The translations under genes were made by a program, and so were the position numbers. Shown here piece by piece: positions 1 through 8,972 of a DNA stretch of 25,348 bases (its first letter is position 1; each line of letters starts with the position of its first letter). Under the pieces are notes generated by a model. The model made no database searches. It was not told the DNA's origin and saw only the letters and a program-made list of their open reading frames with translations. Source of the stretch: Candidatus Thorarchaeota archaeon SMTZ1-45. Lineage in GTDB: Archaea > Asgardarchaeota > Thorarchaeia > Thorarchaeales > Thorarchaeaceae. Location: contig LRSL01000051.1 of assembly GCA_001563335.1 (NCBI GenBank), positions 1 to 25,348 of the forward strand, given 5' to 3'.

Positions 1-66
1 AGAGGCAGTTATTCTGGACAGGATGTTTTGTTTGTTGTAATTCGAGAGAAATAAGTCTGATTTCAT
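1..66 (-). CDS. Possible 5' end of a gene running off the left edge (MKSDLFLSNYNKQNILSRITAS...), divergent from the regulator
   Basis: ATG at 66 with the frame open to position 1. Only 22 codons are visible and there is no motif. Confidence 0.25.
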   Translation of the reverse strand, partial: MKSDLFLSNYNKQNILSRITAS

Positions 67-132
67 GTTTTTAAATTACCCAATAATCATATATGGATTA
101 GAGAAATTAACAAAATAGGAATTAAATTTAGG

Positions 133-148
133 TTAGCTAATTAGCTAA
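133..148. promoter_or_regulatory. Perfect 16-bp palindrome TTAGCTAATTAGCTAA, candidate operator
   Basis: Self-complementary tandem TTAGCTAA ending 22 bp upstream of the regulator ATG, in an AT-rich region. Confidence 0.55.
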
Positions 149-170
149 TAATTGAAACAGGTGTAATCTG

Positions 171-665
171 ATGGGAGATGGCGAAGGATTTCTCAAAGGA
201 CCAATAACACGACTCTTTGAGAAAGTGGCAAAATGGATTGGACTTTCAACAAATGCAGGACCAGTAATAGCAGCTCTCTTCATAGAGAGTTATGAAACAG
301 GAAATCGTATGAGTTCTGATGACATCTGTAGAGCCACTGGATATTCTCGAGCGAATGCAGGGTTAATTATCTCACAATTGGAAGCTCTTGGAGTTATCGA
401 TGGGCAAAGAGATTATGATCAGACGGGTCGTGGTAGAAAACGAGTCCTTTACGCGATTGAGGGTGACTTTGGAGACATCTTCAATCTTGGAGTTATGAGT
501 CTGATGGATAAGCTTGGAGCTATGATGAAAGACATTCAATCTATCGAGGATTTGAGAAGAGGTAGAGAGGATGCATTGAAACCAATGCTCAAGGATATCA
601 AGAAAGTTATTCAGGAAAGATTAGATTCGCTTGAAACAGTTTCATCTGCTAAAATATCACTCTAA
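171..665 (+). CDS. Winged-HTH transcriptional regulator, GbsR/MarR-like
   Basis: 'MSSDDICRATGYSRANAGLIISQLEALGVI' HTH, 'GRGRKRVLY' wing, C-terminal helical segment. AGGTG SD upstream. Confidence 0.75.
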   Translation: MGDGEGFLKGPITRLFEKVAKWIGLSTNAGPVIAALFIESYETGNRMSSDDICRATGYSRANAGLIISQLEALGVIDGQRDYDQTGRGRKRVLYAIEGDFGDIFNLGVMSLMDKLGAMMKDIQSIEDLRRGREDALKPMLKDIKKVIQERLDSLETVSSAKISL

Positions 666-701
666 CTTAGAAAAAATAATGCATTTCAGGTCATAAACTG
701 A

Positions 702-2957
702 TTAAGGTGCTGCAGGAAGAATCACTATGAAGACTGAACCTTGCGAGTAGTCTCCTGGAACTCGATCTTCTATTGCAATTTTTCCACCAAAGACCTCTGT
801 GAGTGTTTTTGCAACTGAAAGACCTAAACCAGTTCCTTCAGCTCCACTCATGAAGCGGTTGAAGAGTTTTGCTTTCTTTTCTGGTTCGATTCCAAAGCCA
901 TAGTCAATAACTCGTGTTGTCCAAAATATTTGATCTTGGTCATACTTGGGTTCAATTTCCACCTCAATTCGCTTCCTATCTGAAGAATATCTTACAGCGT
1001 TTCGGAAGAGGTTTGTGAATACTCCTTCAATCAATTGGTGGGCGTAAACATAGCATTCACCAAGATTCCTGTTAACAATGAATTCAATACTCTGGCGATG
1101 CAAGGGTGGGAAGGTATTATCAAATGAATTTCGGATACATTGAACCAAATCAATTCGATCAAGATTTTCGCGGGCGATTACTTCCGACATTCCAATTTGT
1201 CTTACATTCCTAATCAGCTCGTCAGCTCGATGCAGCTCAGCCTGAGCATCTCTTACTATTTGTTCTCTAACGCCAGGTTGAATAGCATTTACTTCTAGAA
1301 GTCCTAAAGAGATGAGAATGGCTTGATGGTAGTTAGAAATATCATGAACTAGCAAGTCAGAATACACACGAGCTCTTTGATGAGCAGTTTCTGACTTTCT
1401 CATTTCTCCAATATAGAGCATCCCCAACAAACCAGGACCAAAAAGAAGTGCTATGAGTAACAATAACTCTGCTGAATACCATCCCGCAGTCCAGTCCAAG
1501 AAATTAGCTTTCAAAATATTGGGAACAATCCATAAAGCAAGGAAACCACTCAGGAGAACTTCTACTGTTAAACCTCCTCCTGCAGTTCTTGAAAGATAGA
1601 CAATAAAGTATGTGAATTCAAACATAGCGAAAAGATTGATGGTAAGAAGAACGGATCTTCCTAGAGGACTATTGAGTAAGATGGGAGCTGTTCCATATAA
1701 TTCTGCTTGGATGAATTCAGATAGAGTGACTAGTCCAGCTTGAAATACTACTCCAAAAACAGGCCATAGCTCGGCTCTTGGTAGATTTGCTGGTGGTATA
1801 TTCATGGTCCATCGAATTGCGAGAAACAATGAGATAAGACTGACTAGACTTCCTGTGATATATGGCACTAGTGACTCTCCAGCATATGGTGTAGGAAATC
1901 GAGACATTATAACTTGAAATATATCAACAACAGTCCATGATGCAAAAAGGAGGATTAGGGGATAGAGATTCGATTGACCCTTTGTCTTTGCATGACCGTA
2001 TGTCAATAGTGCCATAACAGCTGACAAAGATGCTGCTCCAAGATGGATTATCGTATATGCACCTATATCAGGGTTGTAAAAGCCAGGTATTAGACCTTCA
2101 ACAATCATGGTTACAAAAAATGGAGTAAGAAAGAGTATTGAGAATCCAGAGGCAAAGATTGTGGCGTTTCGTGGCTTCATTCCAACATCATGAAGATATG
2201 GAACAGTCAATGACAAATAGAAAACAAAGAATGCAACTGAATTAAGTGTGACAGAAAATGTCCAAACTAATGATAGCTGATAAATCGGAATTAATAACGC
2301 CACTGAAGCTGTTGCCAACAAGATACAACATACTATAAGCGAAGCAGAGTGGTATGGAGGATGTTTGTGCGCAGAGCCATATACAAGATTCATTGTGATA
2401 ATTAATAGAATGATAATGATAGCAAATATGAAAAAACTCAGAGAAGGCTTTATTGACTCGGGAATAACAAGTATGAATCTTCCTGAGAGAGTACCATAAA
2501 TTAGCAGCATTGATGCTGCCAAAGCAAATGAGAGGACATACAGTCTTTTCCCAGACAATGTTCTGTATCGCTCGTCTGAATATACAGCAATTAAGAGCAA
2601 TGAGCTGAACAAAACAAGCTCAATCAAGTCATTGAATAAATTCGAGGTTGATCTTGTCAAAATCGGATCCTCTAGAGTAAAGAGCATATCAACTGCGATG
2701 CCTAAATGCAAGGTACCAGAATAGAACATAGCAGCCTGAATTATTATTAGAAATGGACTTTTTTTCTCTCTATAGGCAAGTAATGCAACTGCTATGCAAG
2801 CTATTGCAGAGAAAGCTAAGAATGACTGAAATGCTATATCTGTATGGAAAGTCTGCCAAGCAGGTAACCCAACTAAGAACCATGCGAAAGTAGCTATCAA
2901 GGCAATGCAACTGTAGGAGATAGCACGTCTTGCAAAAATTCTAGAGGGTATTGCCAT
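702..2957 (-). CDS. Polytopic membrane sensor histidine kinase (about 14-16 TM, HisKA + HATPase_c)
   Basis: About 515 aa hydrophobic N-terminus. H-box LLVHDISNYHQ, N-box FTNLFRNAVRY, G1 IDYGFGI, F-box LFNRF, G2 GTGLGL. Confidence 0.9.
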   Translation of the reverse strand: MAIPSRIFARRAISYSCIALIATFAWFLVGLPAWQTFHTDIAFQSFLAFSAIACIAVALLAYREKKSPFLIIIQAAMFYSGTLHLGIAVDMLFTLEDPILTRSTSNLFNDLIELVLFSSLLLIAVYSDERYRTLSGKRLYVLSFALAASMLLIYGTLSGRFILVIPESIKPSLSFFIFAIIIILLIITMNLVYGSAHKHPPYHSASLIVCCILLATASVALLIPIYQLSLVWTFSVTLNSVAFFVFYLSLTVPYLHDVGMKPRNATIFASGFSILFLTPFFVTMIVEGLIPGFYNPDIGAYTIIHLGAASLSAVMALLTYGHAKTKGQSNLYPLILLFASWTVVDIFQVIMSRFPTPYAGESLVPYITGSLVSLISLFLAIRWTMNIPPANLPRAELWPVFGVVFQAGLVTLSEFIQAELYGTAPILLNSPLGRSVLLTINLFAMFEFTYFIVYLSRTAGGGLTVEVLLSGFLALWIVPNILKANFLDWTAGWYSAELLLLIALLFGPGLLGMLYIGEMRKSETAHQRARVYSDLLVHDISNYHQAILISLGLLEVNAIQPGVREQIVRDAQAELHRADELIRNVRQIGMSEVIARENLDRIDLVQCIRNSFDNTFPPLHRQSIEFIVNRNLGECYVYAHQLIEGVFTNLFRNAVRYSSDRKRIEVEIEPKYDQDQIFWTTRVIDYGFGIEPEKKAKLFNRFMSGAEGTGLGLSVAKTLTEVFGGKIAIEDRVPGDYSQGSVFIVILPAAP

Positions 2958-3130
2958 TTAAGTCACGTTGAGAATTGAACGGTTTAGTAGTAAAATCCTT
3001 TATGTGATATATTATTGCGATTTGACTTGCGAAGGATAAACCCAAAAGACATGAATATGCATAATAATGGCTCTTTCTTGAAACGATTTCCTCTCAGAGA
3101 GCGTTTCACCCAGACAGAGGAATAACACAA

Positions 3131-5338
3131 TTGCCTGAAAATCAACCGTGTCCTGAGCATGAAACATATACAGAACTACTTAGTAGAAGAATGCTCTTAG
3201 ATGCGATGAATGATGCTTTTGGAGTAATAAATCGGGATGGGATTTTCACTTATGTTAATCAGAGATTCGCTAACCTTCTTGACTATACAATTGACGAAAT
3301 GATTGGTCAACCAATTACGAATTTTGTCGACGATGAGAATCTCTTCATTTTGCAAAATAATATTCGGAAGAGATACGAGGGAATTTCATCTCAATATGAA
3401 TTGGAATGGAAAGGAAAAACAGGCAAGAGAGTTCAAACAATAGTATCAGGGACACCTCTCTTAGATGAAGAGGGGAAACATCAAGGATCCTTTGCTGTGG
3501 TCACAGATATCTCTTGGCGAATTGTTGCTGAGAGAAAGTACAAGTTACTTTCAGAACACTCCTTACAGGGACTCGCTATAATTCAAGAAAATCGGTATGT
3601 CTATGCCAATCCAGCTTTTGCCTTCATGGTCGGATACACCGTTGATGAAATTCTAGCAATGTCGTCTGAGGATGGATGGAGTCTGGTTCATCCTGATGAT
3701 AGGAAATACCTACTTCGTTTATTTAATGATAGAAGGACTGGGAAAAAAATACCGATGCCCTATGAATATAGATTCGTTCGAAGAGATGGTACAATACGCT
3801 GGGTGCAAGAATTTTCAAGTGAGATTGAATATGAGGGGGCTAGAGCTCTACAGATTTTACTGATTGATGTGACGGATGCCAAGTTAGCTGAAGCAAAATT
3901 ACGTGCTTCACAAGAGATGCTTCAGAAGGTTATTGATACCATTCCCCAGTATGTCTTCTGGAAGGACCTTGATTCTGTTTATTTAGGATGTAATGAAAAT
4001 TTCGCTATGGTAGCAGGAGTCGGTACACCTGATAATATAATTGGAAAGACCGACTTGGACTTAGCATGGCGTGACGTGGAAGCGGAATTGTTCAGAGCTC
4101 TTGATCAAGAGGTAATAAGGACAAATCAACCACAGATGAATGTCATTTCTCCACAACGTCAAGACGATGACAAAGATGCTTGGATTGAGATTAACATCGT
4201 TCCATTGCATGCTGAAGATGGCAAAGTAATGGGAGTTCTAGGAACTTATCATGACATCACTGAGAAGCGTATCGCAGAGGATAATCTAATTCGGTCAGAA
4301 GCAAAGTATCGGAGCTTGGCTGAACAATCGGTCCAAGGAATAACTATTCTCACTTCTAGTGAATTACTTTACTATAATCCCGCTTTCAAAGAACTCGTAT
4401 GTTATTCCGATGAAGAAATCTCTGAAATGAGTGCAGATGATATTTGGGAGCTAGTGCATCCTGATGATAGGGACGAATTGCGAAAAAGAATGGAAGACAA
4501 GATCGCAGGAAGACCAATCGCTCCACGATATGAGTATAGATTCATTCGGAAGAATGGAGATATTCGATGGGTTGAGAGCTTTACAACTCGAGTCGAATAT
4601 GGAGGAACCTCTGCTATTCAAACAGTGATTGTGGATATAACTGATAGACGCGAGAGTGAACGTGCACTTCGTGTTGCAAAAGACCGAGCTCTACTCTATC
4701 TTGATCTTATGGGACATGACTTGACACAACAATTGCAAGTCATTCTCAATAGTGCGGCTCTCATGAAATCAGCTGTTGATGAATCAAATAAAGAGTCATT
4801 CATGAAAGTAATAGGTGATGCAGTCAGACGTTGTGCGCGGATTATCGAAGAGGCAAAAGCAACCGAACAGTTGCTTGCAATCCCAAAAAGAGAAAGACGA
4901 CTTGACGAAGCAGTTGAATTGACAATCAAGGCTTTGTCCAAGAGTTCCGAGTCAATAACATTTGAAACCTCCATTGATTCAGAAGATGCAATAATTGAGG
5001 CAGACGATTTTCTTGAGTTACTATTATCTAACATATTGATGAATGCTATCGAACATAATCCAAATGATGAGAAGAAGGTCTGGGTGGAACTTAAAGAGGA
5101 TGAGAATGGGTTTATTGTATCAATTGCAGATAATGGAAAAGGGATACCTAATACTGTCAAAGCCAGCCTCTTCGATACATCCAGAAGATTCGGAGGTCTC
5201 GGACTACATACTGCACACTACATAGTTGAGAAATATGATGGCAGTATAGAAGTTCACGACCGAGTGGAAGGTGACCACACACAGGGAGCAGAGTTCAGAA
5301 TCTGGCTACCAAAACCCAGTAACTCTGTTACGATCTGA
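3131..5338 (+). CDS. Soluble multi-PAS (4 PAS/PAC) sensor histidine kinase
   Basis: Four PAS/PAC units (YVNQRFA..GY; VHPDD..EYRF..DG.IRWV; WKD..YLGCN..FA; VHPDD..). H-box [11 protein letters not shown]-box [24 protein letters not shown] start after GAGG. Confidence 0.92.
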   Translation: MPENQPCPEHETYTELLSRRMLLDAMNDAFGVINRDGIFTYVNQRFANLLDYTIDEMIGQPITNFVDDENLFILQNNIRKRYEGISSQYELEWKGKTGKRVQTIVSGTPLLDEEGKHQGSFAVVTDISWRIVAERKYKLLSEHSLQGLAIIQENRYVYANPAFAFMVGYTVDEILAMSSEDGWSLVHPDDRKYLLRLFNDRRTGKKIPMPYEYRFVRRDGTIRWVQEFSSEIEYEGARALQILLIDVTDAKLAEAKLRASQEMLQKVIDTIPQYVFWKDLDSVYLGCNENFAMVAGVGTPDNIIGKTDLDLAWRDVEAELFRALDQEVIRTNQPQMNVISPQRQDDDKDAWIEINIVPLHAEDGKVMGVLGTYHDITEKRIAEDNLIRSEAKYRSLAEQSVQGITILTSSELLYYNPAFKELVCYSDEEISEMSADDIWELVHPDDRDELRKRMEDKIAGRPIAPRYEYRFIRKNGDIRWVESFTTRVEYGGTSAIQTVIVDITDRRESERALRVAKDRALLYLDLMGHDLTQQLQVILNSAALMKSAVDESNKESFMKVIGDAVRRCARIIEEAKATEQLLAIPKRERRLDEAVELTIKALSKSSESITFETSIDSEDAIIEADDFLELLLSNILMNAIEHNPNDEKKVWVELKEDENGFIVSIADNGKGIPNTVKASLFDTSRRFGGLGLHTAHYIVEKYDGSIEVHDRVEGDHTQGAEFRIWLPKPSNSVTI

Positions 5339-5341
5339 CCT

Positions 5342-6070
5342 CTACTCTACTACCTCGATGTCTGAATCACGCTTTGCTCCTATCCCAAGCTCAACTGCAT
5401 GCTTTATCTGTGGAATTTGCCAAACATCCATGTCAATCTTGTTCTTGGCATTGCAACATTGGATTATTCTTGCTCCTTCAACATCGATAGTAACCATGTC
5501 ACCACTTGCAAGGATTACTCCAGGGGAAGAACATGTACCAGAAGCAGGACCACCAGTGACGAAACATGTTCTAGCATCCATGACGATCAAATCTGGTTTG
5601 AAGTAGGATGCAAGGTCTGCAATCTTTGGTTGAAGATTCCGGGCATGCATACGAATGCGTTGATTATGTTTTATCCAACCCACAAAGAGTTTCATGCTCC
5701 CAGTATATCCAGCTAAGAAGTGAGTCTTTAGGCAAGGCGCAAGAACAAGTTTCTGAATATTCAGAAGAGGTTTGCCAATGGATCCACTCTTGAGAACTCT
5801 CAGTGTAGAGCTATCAATTATCTCTAGCTTAGATGCACCTGCATCTAGAATGACCTCCCCAAGAGCTTTGATGAATGCAGGATCACTTGAGGCGGGATAA
5901 GGATCCGCAGTATTGAGGTTTGGTTTTATGGTCACTTTGTCACCAGGCACTATGACTTTATCCAATCCTCCAATGAGACTAACAGCTCGTTGAATTGAAC
6001 TCTTCAAATCGACTTCAGCAACAACCTTACTGACCAGGAATCGACCATTATTCATGAACGGAGTTGACAT
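5342..6070 (-). CDS. DUF362-family protein, apparently with an internal in-frame deletion
   Basis: 'GDKVTIKPNL', 'PCLKTH..AGYTGSMKLFVG', 'PDLIVMDA...GGP', 'LASGDMVTID' match the DUF362 pattern. Confidence 0.8.
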   Translation of the reverse strand: MSTPFMNNGRFLVSKVVAEVDLKSSIQRAVSLIGGLDKVIVPGDKVTIKPNLNTADPYPASSDPAFIKALGEVILDAGASKLEIIDSSTLRVLKSGSIGKPLLNIQKLVLAPCLKTHFLAGYTGSMKLFVGWIKHNQRIRMHARNLQPKIADLASYFKPDLIVMDARTCFVTGGPASGTCSSPGVILASGDMVTIDVEGARIIQCCNAKNKIDMDVWQIPQIKHAVELGIGAKRDSDIEVVE

Positions 6071-6129
6071 TGTACTTTTTCGTTTGTCTGATATTTGAAA
6101 TAGGTTGCTATGTGGCTATATTGAAATAT

Positions 6130-6720
6130 TCACTTTGCTCGTTTTGGAATCAAGAATCCAACACGTTCCCTATACTCGAGATAAGGAGTCCCATATCGAA
6201 CAACCAAGTCTCTCTCTTCTGCAAGACACATGATGTAGAAGATTGGTATCCATAGAAAAGAATAGAGAGCCAGAAAGGGTGAGTTAAGGAAAAGAGCTAT
6301 TGGAAACCAAACAAATGCCTCACCGATAGCTTGAGGATGTCGAATAGTTTCGTAGATTCCACCATAGAGTGTGTGCTCCTTCCTTGGTTCAAGGGTTTCA
6401 CGACCCGCATCTTTCATGCCAATTATCATGAGGTAGAAACTCGGAATCAGAATCAAGAGTCCTATAAGGATTGAGAAAAGCCATGGCCAGGGAAAGACCA
6501 AAGGGATGCCAAGCGAGAGAGGATAGAAGAAATAAATCACATAATTAATGACAGTTATCCCTTCAAACGCACCAGCAATGATTCGATAAGTCTTGCATTT
6601 CGGGTACGCTATTTCTCCTATCTTTTTTTCAAGTTCTGCAGGACTTACACTTTTCACATAGAAGTAAAGGAATAGAATTGAAGATAAGATTAGGACAATA
6701 ATGTTGAACAACTCAATCAA
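6130..6720 (-). CDS. Isoprenylcysteine carboxyl methyltransferase / PEMT (Ste14-like) family membrane methyltransferase
   Basis: 'GIYETIRHPQAIG' and 'EERDLVVRYGTPYLEYRERVGFLIP' signatures plus TM helices. Start uncertain: TTG 6720 preferred, with 6756 and 6768 also in frame. Confidence 0.85.
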   Translation of the reverse strand: MIELFNIIVLILSSILFLYFYVKSVSPAELEKKIGEIAYPKCKTYRIIAGAFEGITVINYVIYFFYPLSLGIPLVFPWPWLFSILIGLLILIPSFYLMIIGMKDAGRETLEPRKEHTLYGGIYETIRHPQAIGEAFVWFPIALFLNSPFLALYSFLWIPIFYIMCLAEERDLVVRYGTPYLEYRERVGFLIPKRAK

Positions 6721-6848
6721 GAATGTCGCCCGTTTCTGGAGAGCATTTGGTAGCATATAAGCCCACACGCTTCATTGTGTGGGATATACACTCTTGTTAC
6801 AATGGCATATTTAGTCAACTTAATATTCTCTGTGCTATAGTTAATAAT

Positions 6849-7775
6849 ATGTTTCTAGAACTTGAGAGAAAATTAGTAGAGATAGTGGATGAAGTCGTGC
6901 CAAGTGTAGTCAGTGTCACAACCACCAGATTAGCTAGGACACAATTATCACAGGTAGTACCTATCAAAGGACAAGGTTCGGGAGTTGTCCTCACTGATAC
7001 AGGGTTCATTGTCACAAATGCACATGTTATCGAAGGCGCAAGAGATGTTGATGTGACACTCCATGATGGCCGTTCCTTCAAAGCAGTTGTGGTGGGAGAA
7101 TCAAAACTGAGAGACCTTGCTATCTTAAAGATAGAGGCTGAAGGGCTAAATCCTATCGAAATGGGGGATTCTGGATCACTAAAGGTTGGACAACTAGCTA
7201 TTGCAGTTGGAAATCCATTGGGATTAGGATCAACTGTCACCTTCGGGATGGTTAGTGCGATAGATAGAACAATTCAGAGCGAGCGGTCTTTTCTCGAGGG
7301 ATTAATCCAAACATCAGCTCAAATAAATCCTGGAAATAGCGGAGGTGCTCTCGTAGACTCATCCGGCAGACTGATTGGAGTTCCTACCGCGATGATTCCC
7401 TGGAGTCAAGGCATAGGTTTTGCCATTGCTGTTGATTCACTAAAGGCAATATTTGATGAATTGGTACAGACTGGTACTGTTCGTACACCTTGGATGGGAA
7501 TAGTTGGTGTGACTTTAAACAAGGGTATCGCATCTCATTACAACCTTCGAGTAGAAAAAGGAGCGTTGTTGGTAGAAGTTCCAAGAGGTCCAGCGAGGAA
7601 CATGGGGCTTCAATCAGGAGATGTGATTATTGCCATAGATGGTGCGGAAATCTCTGGAATGGAGGATTTGAGAAGTCAGGTAATACGAAGTAAAGTTGGT
7701 AAGAAACTAATGGTGAGATTCCAACGAGGTAATGACGTCTTTGAAGGCTACCTTGAGTTGACAGATGCTCCCTAA
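6849..7775 (+). CDS. htrA: HtrA/DegP-family serine protease with one PDZ domain, no signal peptide
   Basis: Triad motifs TNAHV, DLAILKI, GNSGG. 'IQTSAQINPG'. PDZ from PWMGI to GLQSGDVIIAIDG. ATG 6849 avoids overlap with the divergent gene. Confidence 0.92.
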   Translation: MFLELERKLVEIVDEVVPSVVSVTTTRLARTQLSQVVPIKGQGSGVVLTDTGFIVTNAHVIEGARDVDVTLHDGRSFKAVVVGESKLRDLAILKIEAEGLNPIEMGDSGSLKVGQLAIAVGNPLGLGSTVTFGMVSAIDRTIQSERSFLEGLIQTSAQINPGNSGGALVDSSGRLIGVPTAMIPWSQGIGFAIAVDSLKAIFDELVQTGTVRTPWMGIVGVTLNKGIASHYNLRVEKGALLVEVPRGPARNMGLQSGDVIIAIDGAEISGMEDLRSQVIRSKVGKKLMVRFQRGNDVFEGYLELTDAP

Positions 7776-7779
7776 TGAT

Positions 7780-8685
7780 CTAGATACCAATGATAACAAG
7801 AGTCACTCCAATTATTGTAGCGAGAATGCCCACACCTGCAACAGTTGTCACTTTCTCTTTTAGAATAAGAACCGATACAGGCACTGCAAAAAGAGGTGCA
7901 GTAGATGCTAAGACTGACATTATTGCTGCACCAACTATAGCAACAGCCATGACATAGAGCAAGGATCCTATTGCCATTCCAAAGAATCCAGCAACGATAA
8001 CTCGAGCAGTGGCTTTTTGCGAGGGAAGTTTCATCCCTCCCAATCGAGCAACAACTACCATTGGTACAAATGAAATAGAACCAACAATCATCCGAATGAG
8101 ATTGCCAGCAATGGGATCAACGCCTTCAATACCAACTTGGAGTATGGTTGTGCCAGCTGCATAAAGAATCGCTGTTGCAATAGCGCCAAATATACCCAAT
8201 AGATCAAGCTTTAGAGGAATTTCTAGAGATTTCTGATTCTGATTCTGTTCGTTTGAAATTAAGATTACGCCTAATACTGCAATGATCGCACCTGTAAGTC
8301 TAGATAGAACAAGAGGTTCATGCAGCAATCCTACAGTCATGAAGAAAGTAATAATTGGGAAAGACATGGCAATTGGAAAAGCGTAAGATACACCAATCCT
8401 TGCTTGACTCCATAGGTAAATCGTATCCCCAATAACTGCTCCAAGAAGGACGGATGCTGAAAGCAAGAACACAGTCGCGACTGGAAGAACTGCAGCCTCA
8501 AATCCTGGTACAAGAAAAGTTACAATGGTCATGAATGGCAAAGCAACCCACATCTTGATAGCACTAACAGCAACTGGGTTGATCTCATCAGCTTGTGAAC
8601 GATACACAACAACAGAAAGACCGTAAAGTGCTGCACCTAGCAAGCCTATTGCTGAGCCAAGAATCAAATCGGGGTTAACCTGCAT
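7780..8685 (-). CDS. EamA/DMT-family transporter (10 TM)
   Basis: Two EamA repeats ('LLHEPL...G', 'ILKEKV...G'), 301 aa, hydrophobic throughout. Confidence 0.88.
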   Translation of the reverse strand: MQVNPDLILGSAIGLLGAALYGLSVVVYRSQADEINPVAVSAIKMWVALPFMTIVTFLVPGFEAAVLPVATVFLLSASVLLGAVIGDTIYLWSQARIGVSYAFPIAMSFPIITFFMTVGLLHEPLVLSRLTGAIIAVLGVILISNEQNQNQKSLEIPLKLDLLGIFGAIATAILYAAGTTILQVGIEGVDPIAGNLIRMIVGSISFVPMVVVARLGGMKLPSQKATARVIVAGFFGMAIGSLLYVMAVAIVGAAIMSVLASTAPLFAVPVSVLILKEKVTTVAGVGILATIIGVTLVIIGI

Positions 8686-8854
8686 AACATCAGGGCACTT
8701 GAATACCTACCTAAGACCCTATCGGAAGGTATAGGATAGGCAGGATTTCAGAACAATATTCCAAAAAGCATAATTTATTCGCGTTCGAGGTAAAATTCAT
8801 ATAGTAATAACGGACCGCTCGAAACTGGTGTTTAGTATGCTCAAAATACTTAGG

Positions 8855-8908
8855 CGGGTTTAATACCCGAGAGATTCTTTCTCACTCGGGTAAATTATCA
8901 TCCGAGTG
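8855..8908. promoter_or_regulatory. Cluster of CCCGAG/CTCGGG inverted repeats around a TTTAATA TATA-like box upstream of the ABC exporter
   Basis: CGGGT-TTAAT-ACCCG at 8855-8869; TACCCGAG..CTCGGGTA at 8864-8892; CACTCGGG..TCCGAGTG at 8883-8908. Confidence 0.5.
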
Positions 8909-8972
8909 GACATTATGGGCTATACGAACTGACACCAAAACGCTCACCCGATTTTGGGGGAGGTAATTAACA

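Noticed and set aside
6723-6848. 42-aa N-terminal extension of HtrA given in the ORF track
   Set aside because: It is not a signal peptide, it runs through the divergent intergenic region, and family-like sequence begins at ATG 6849.
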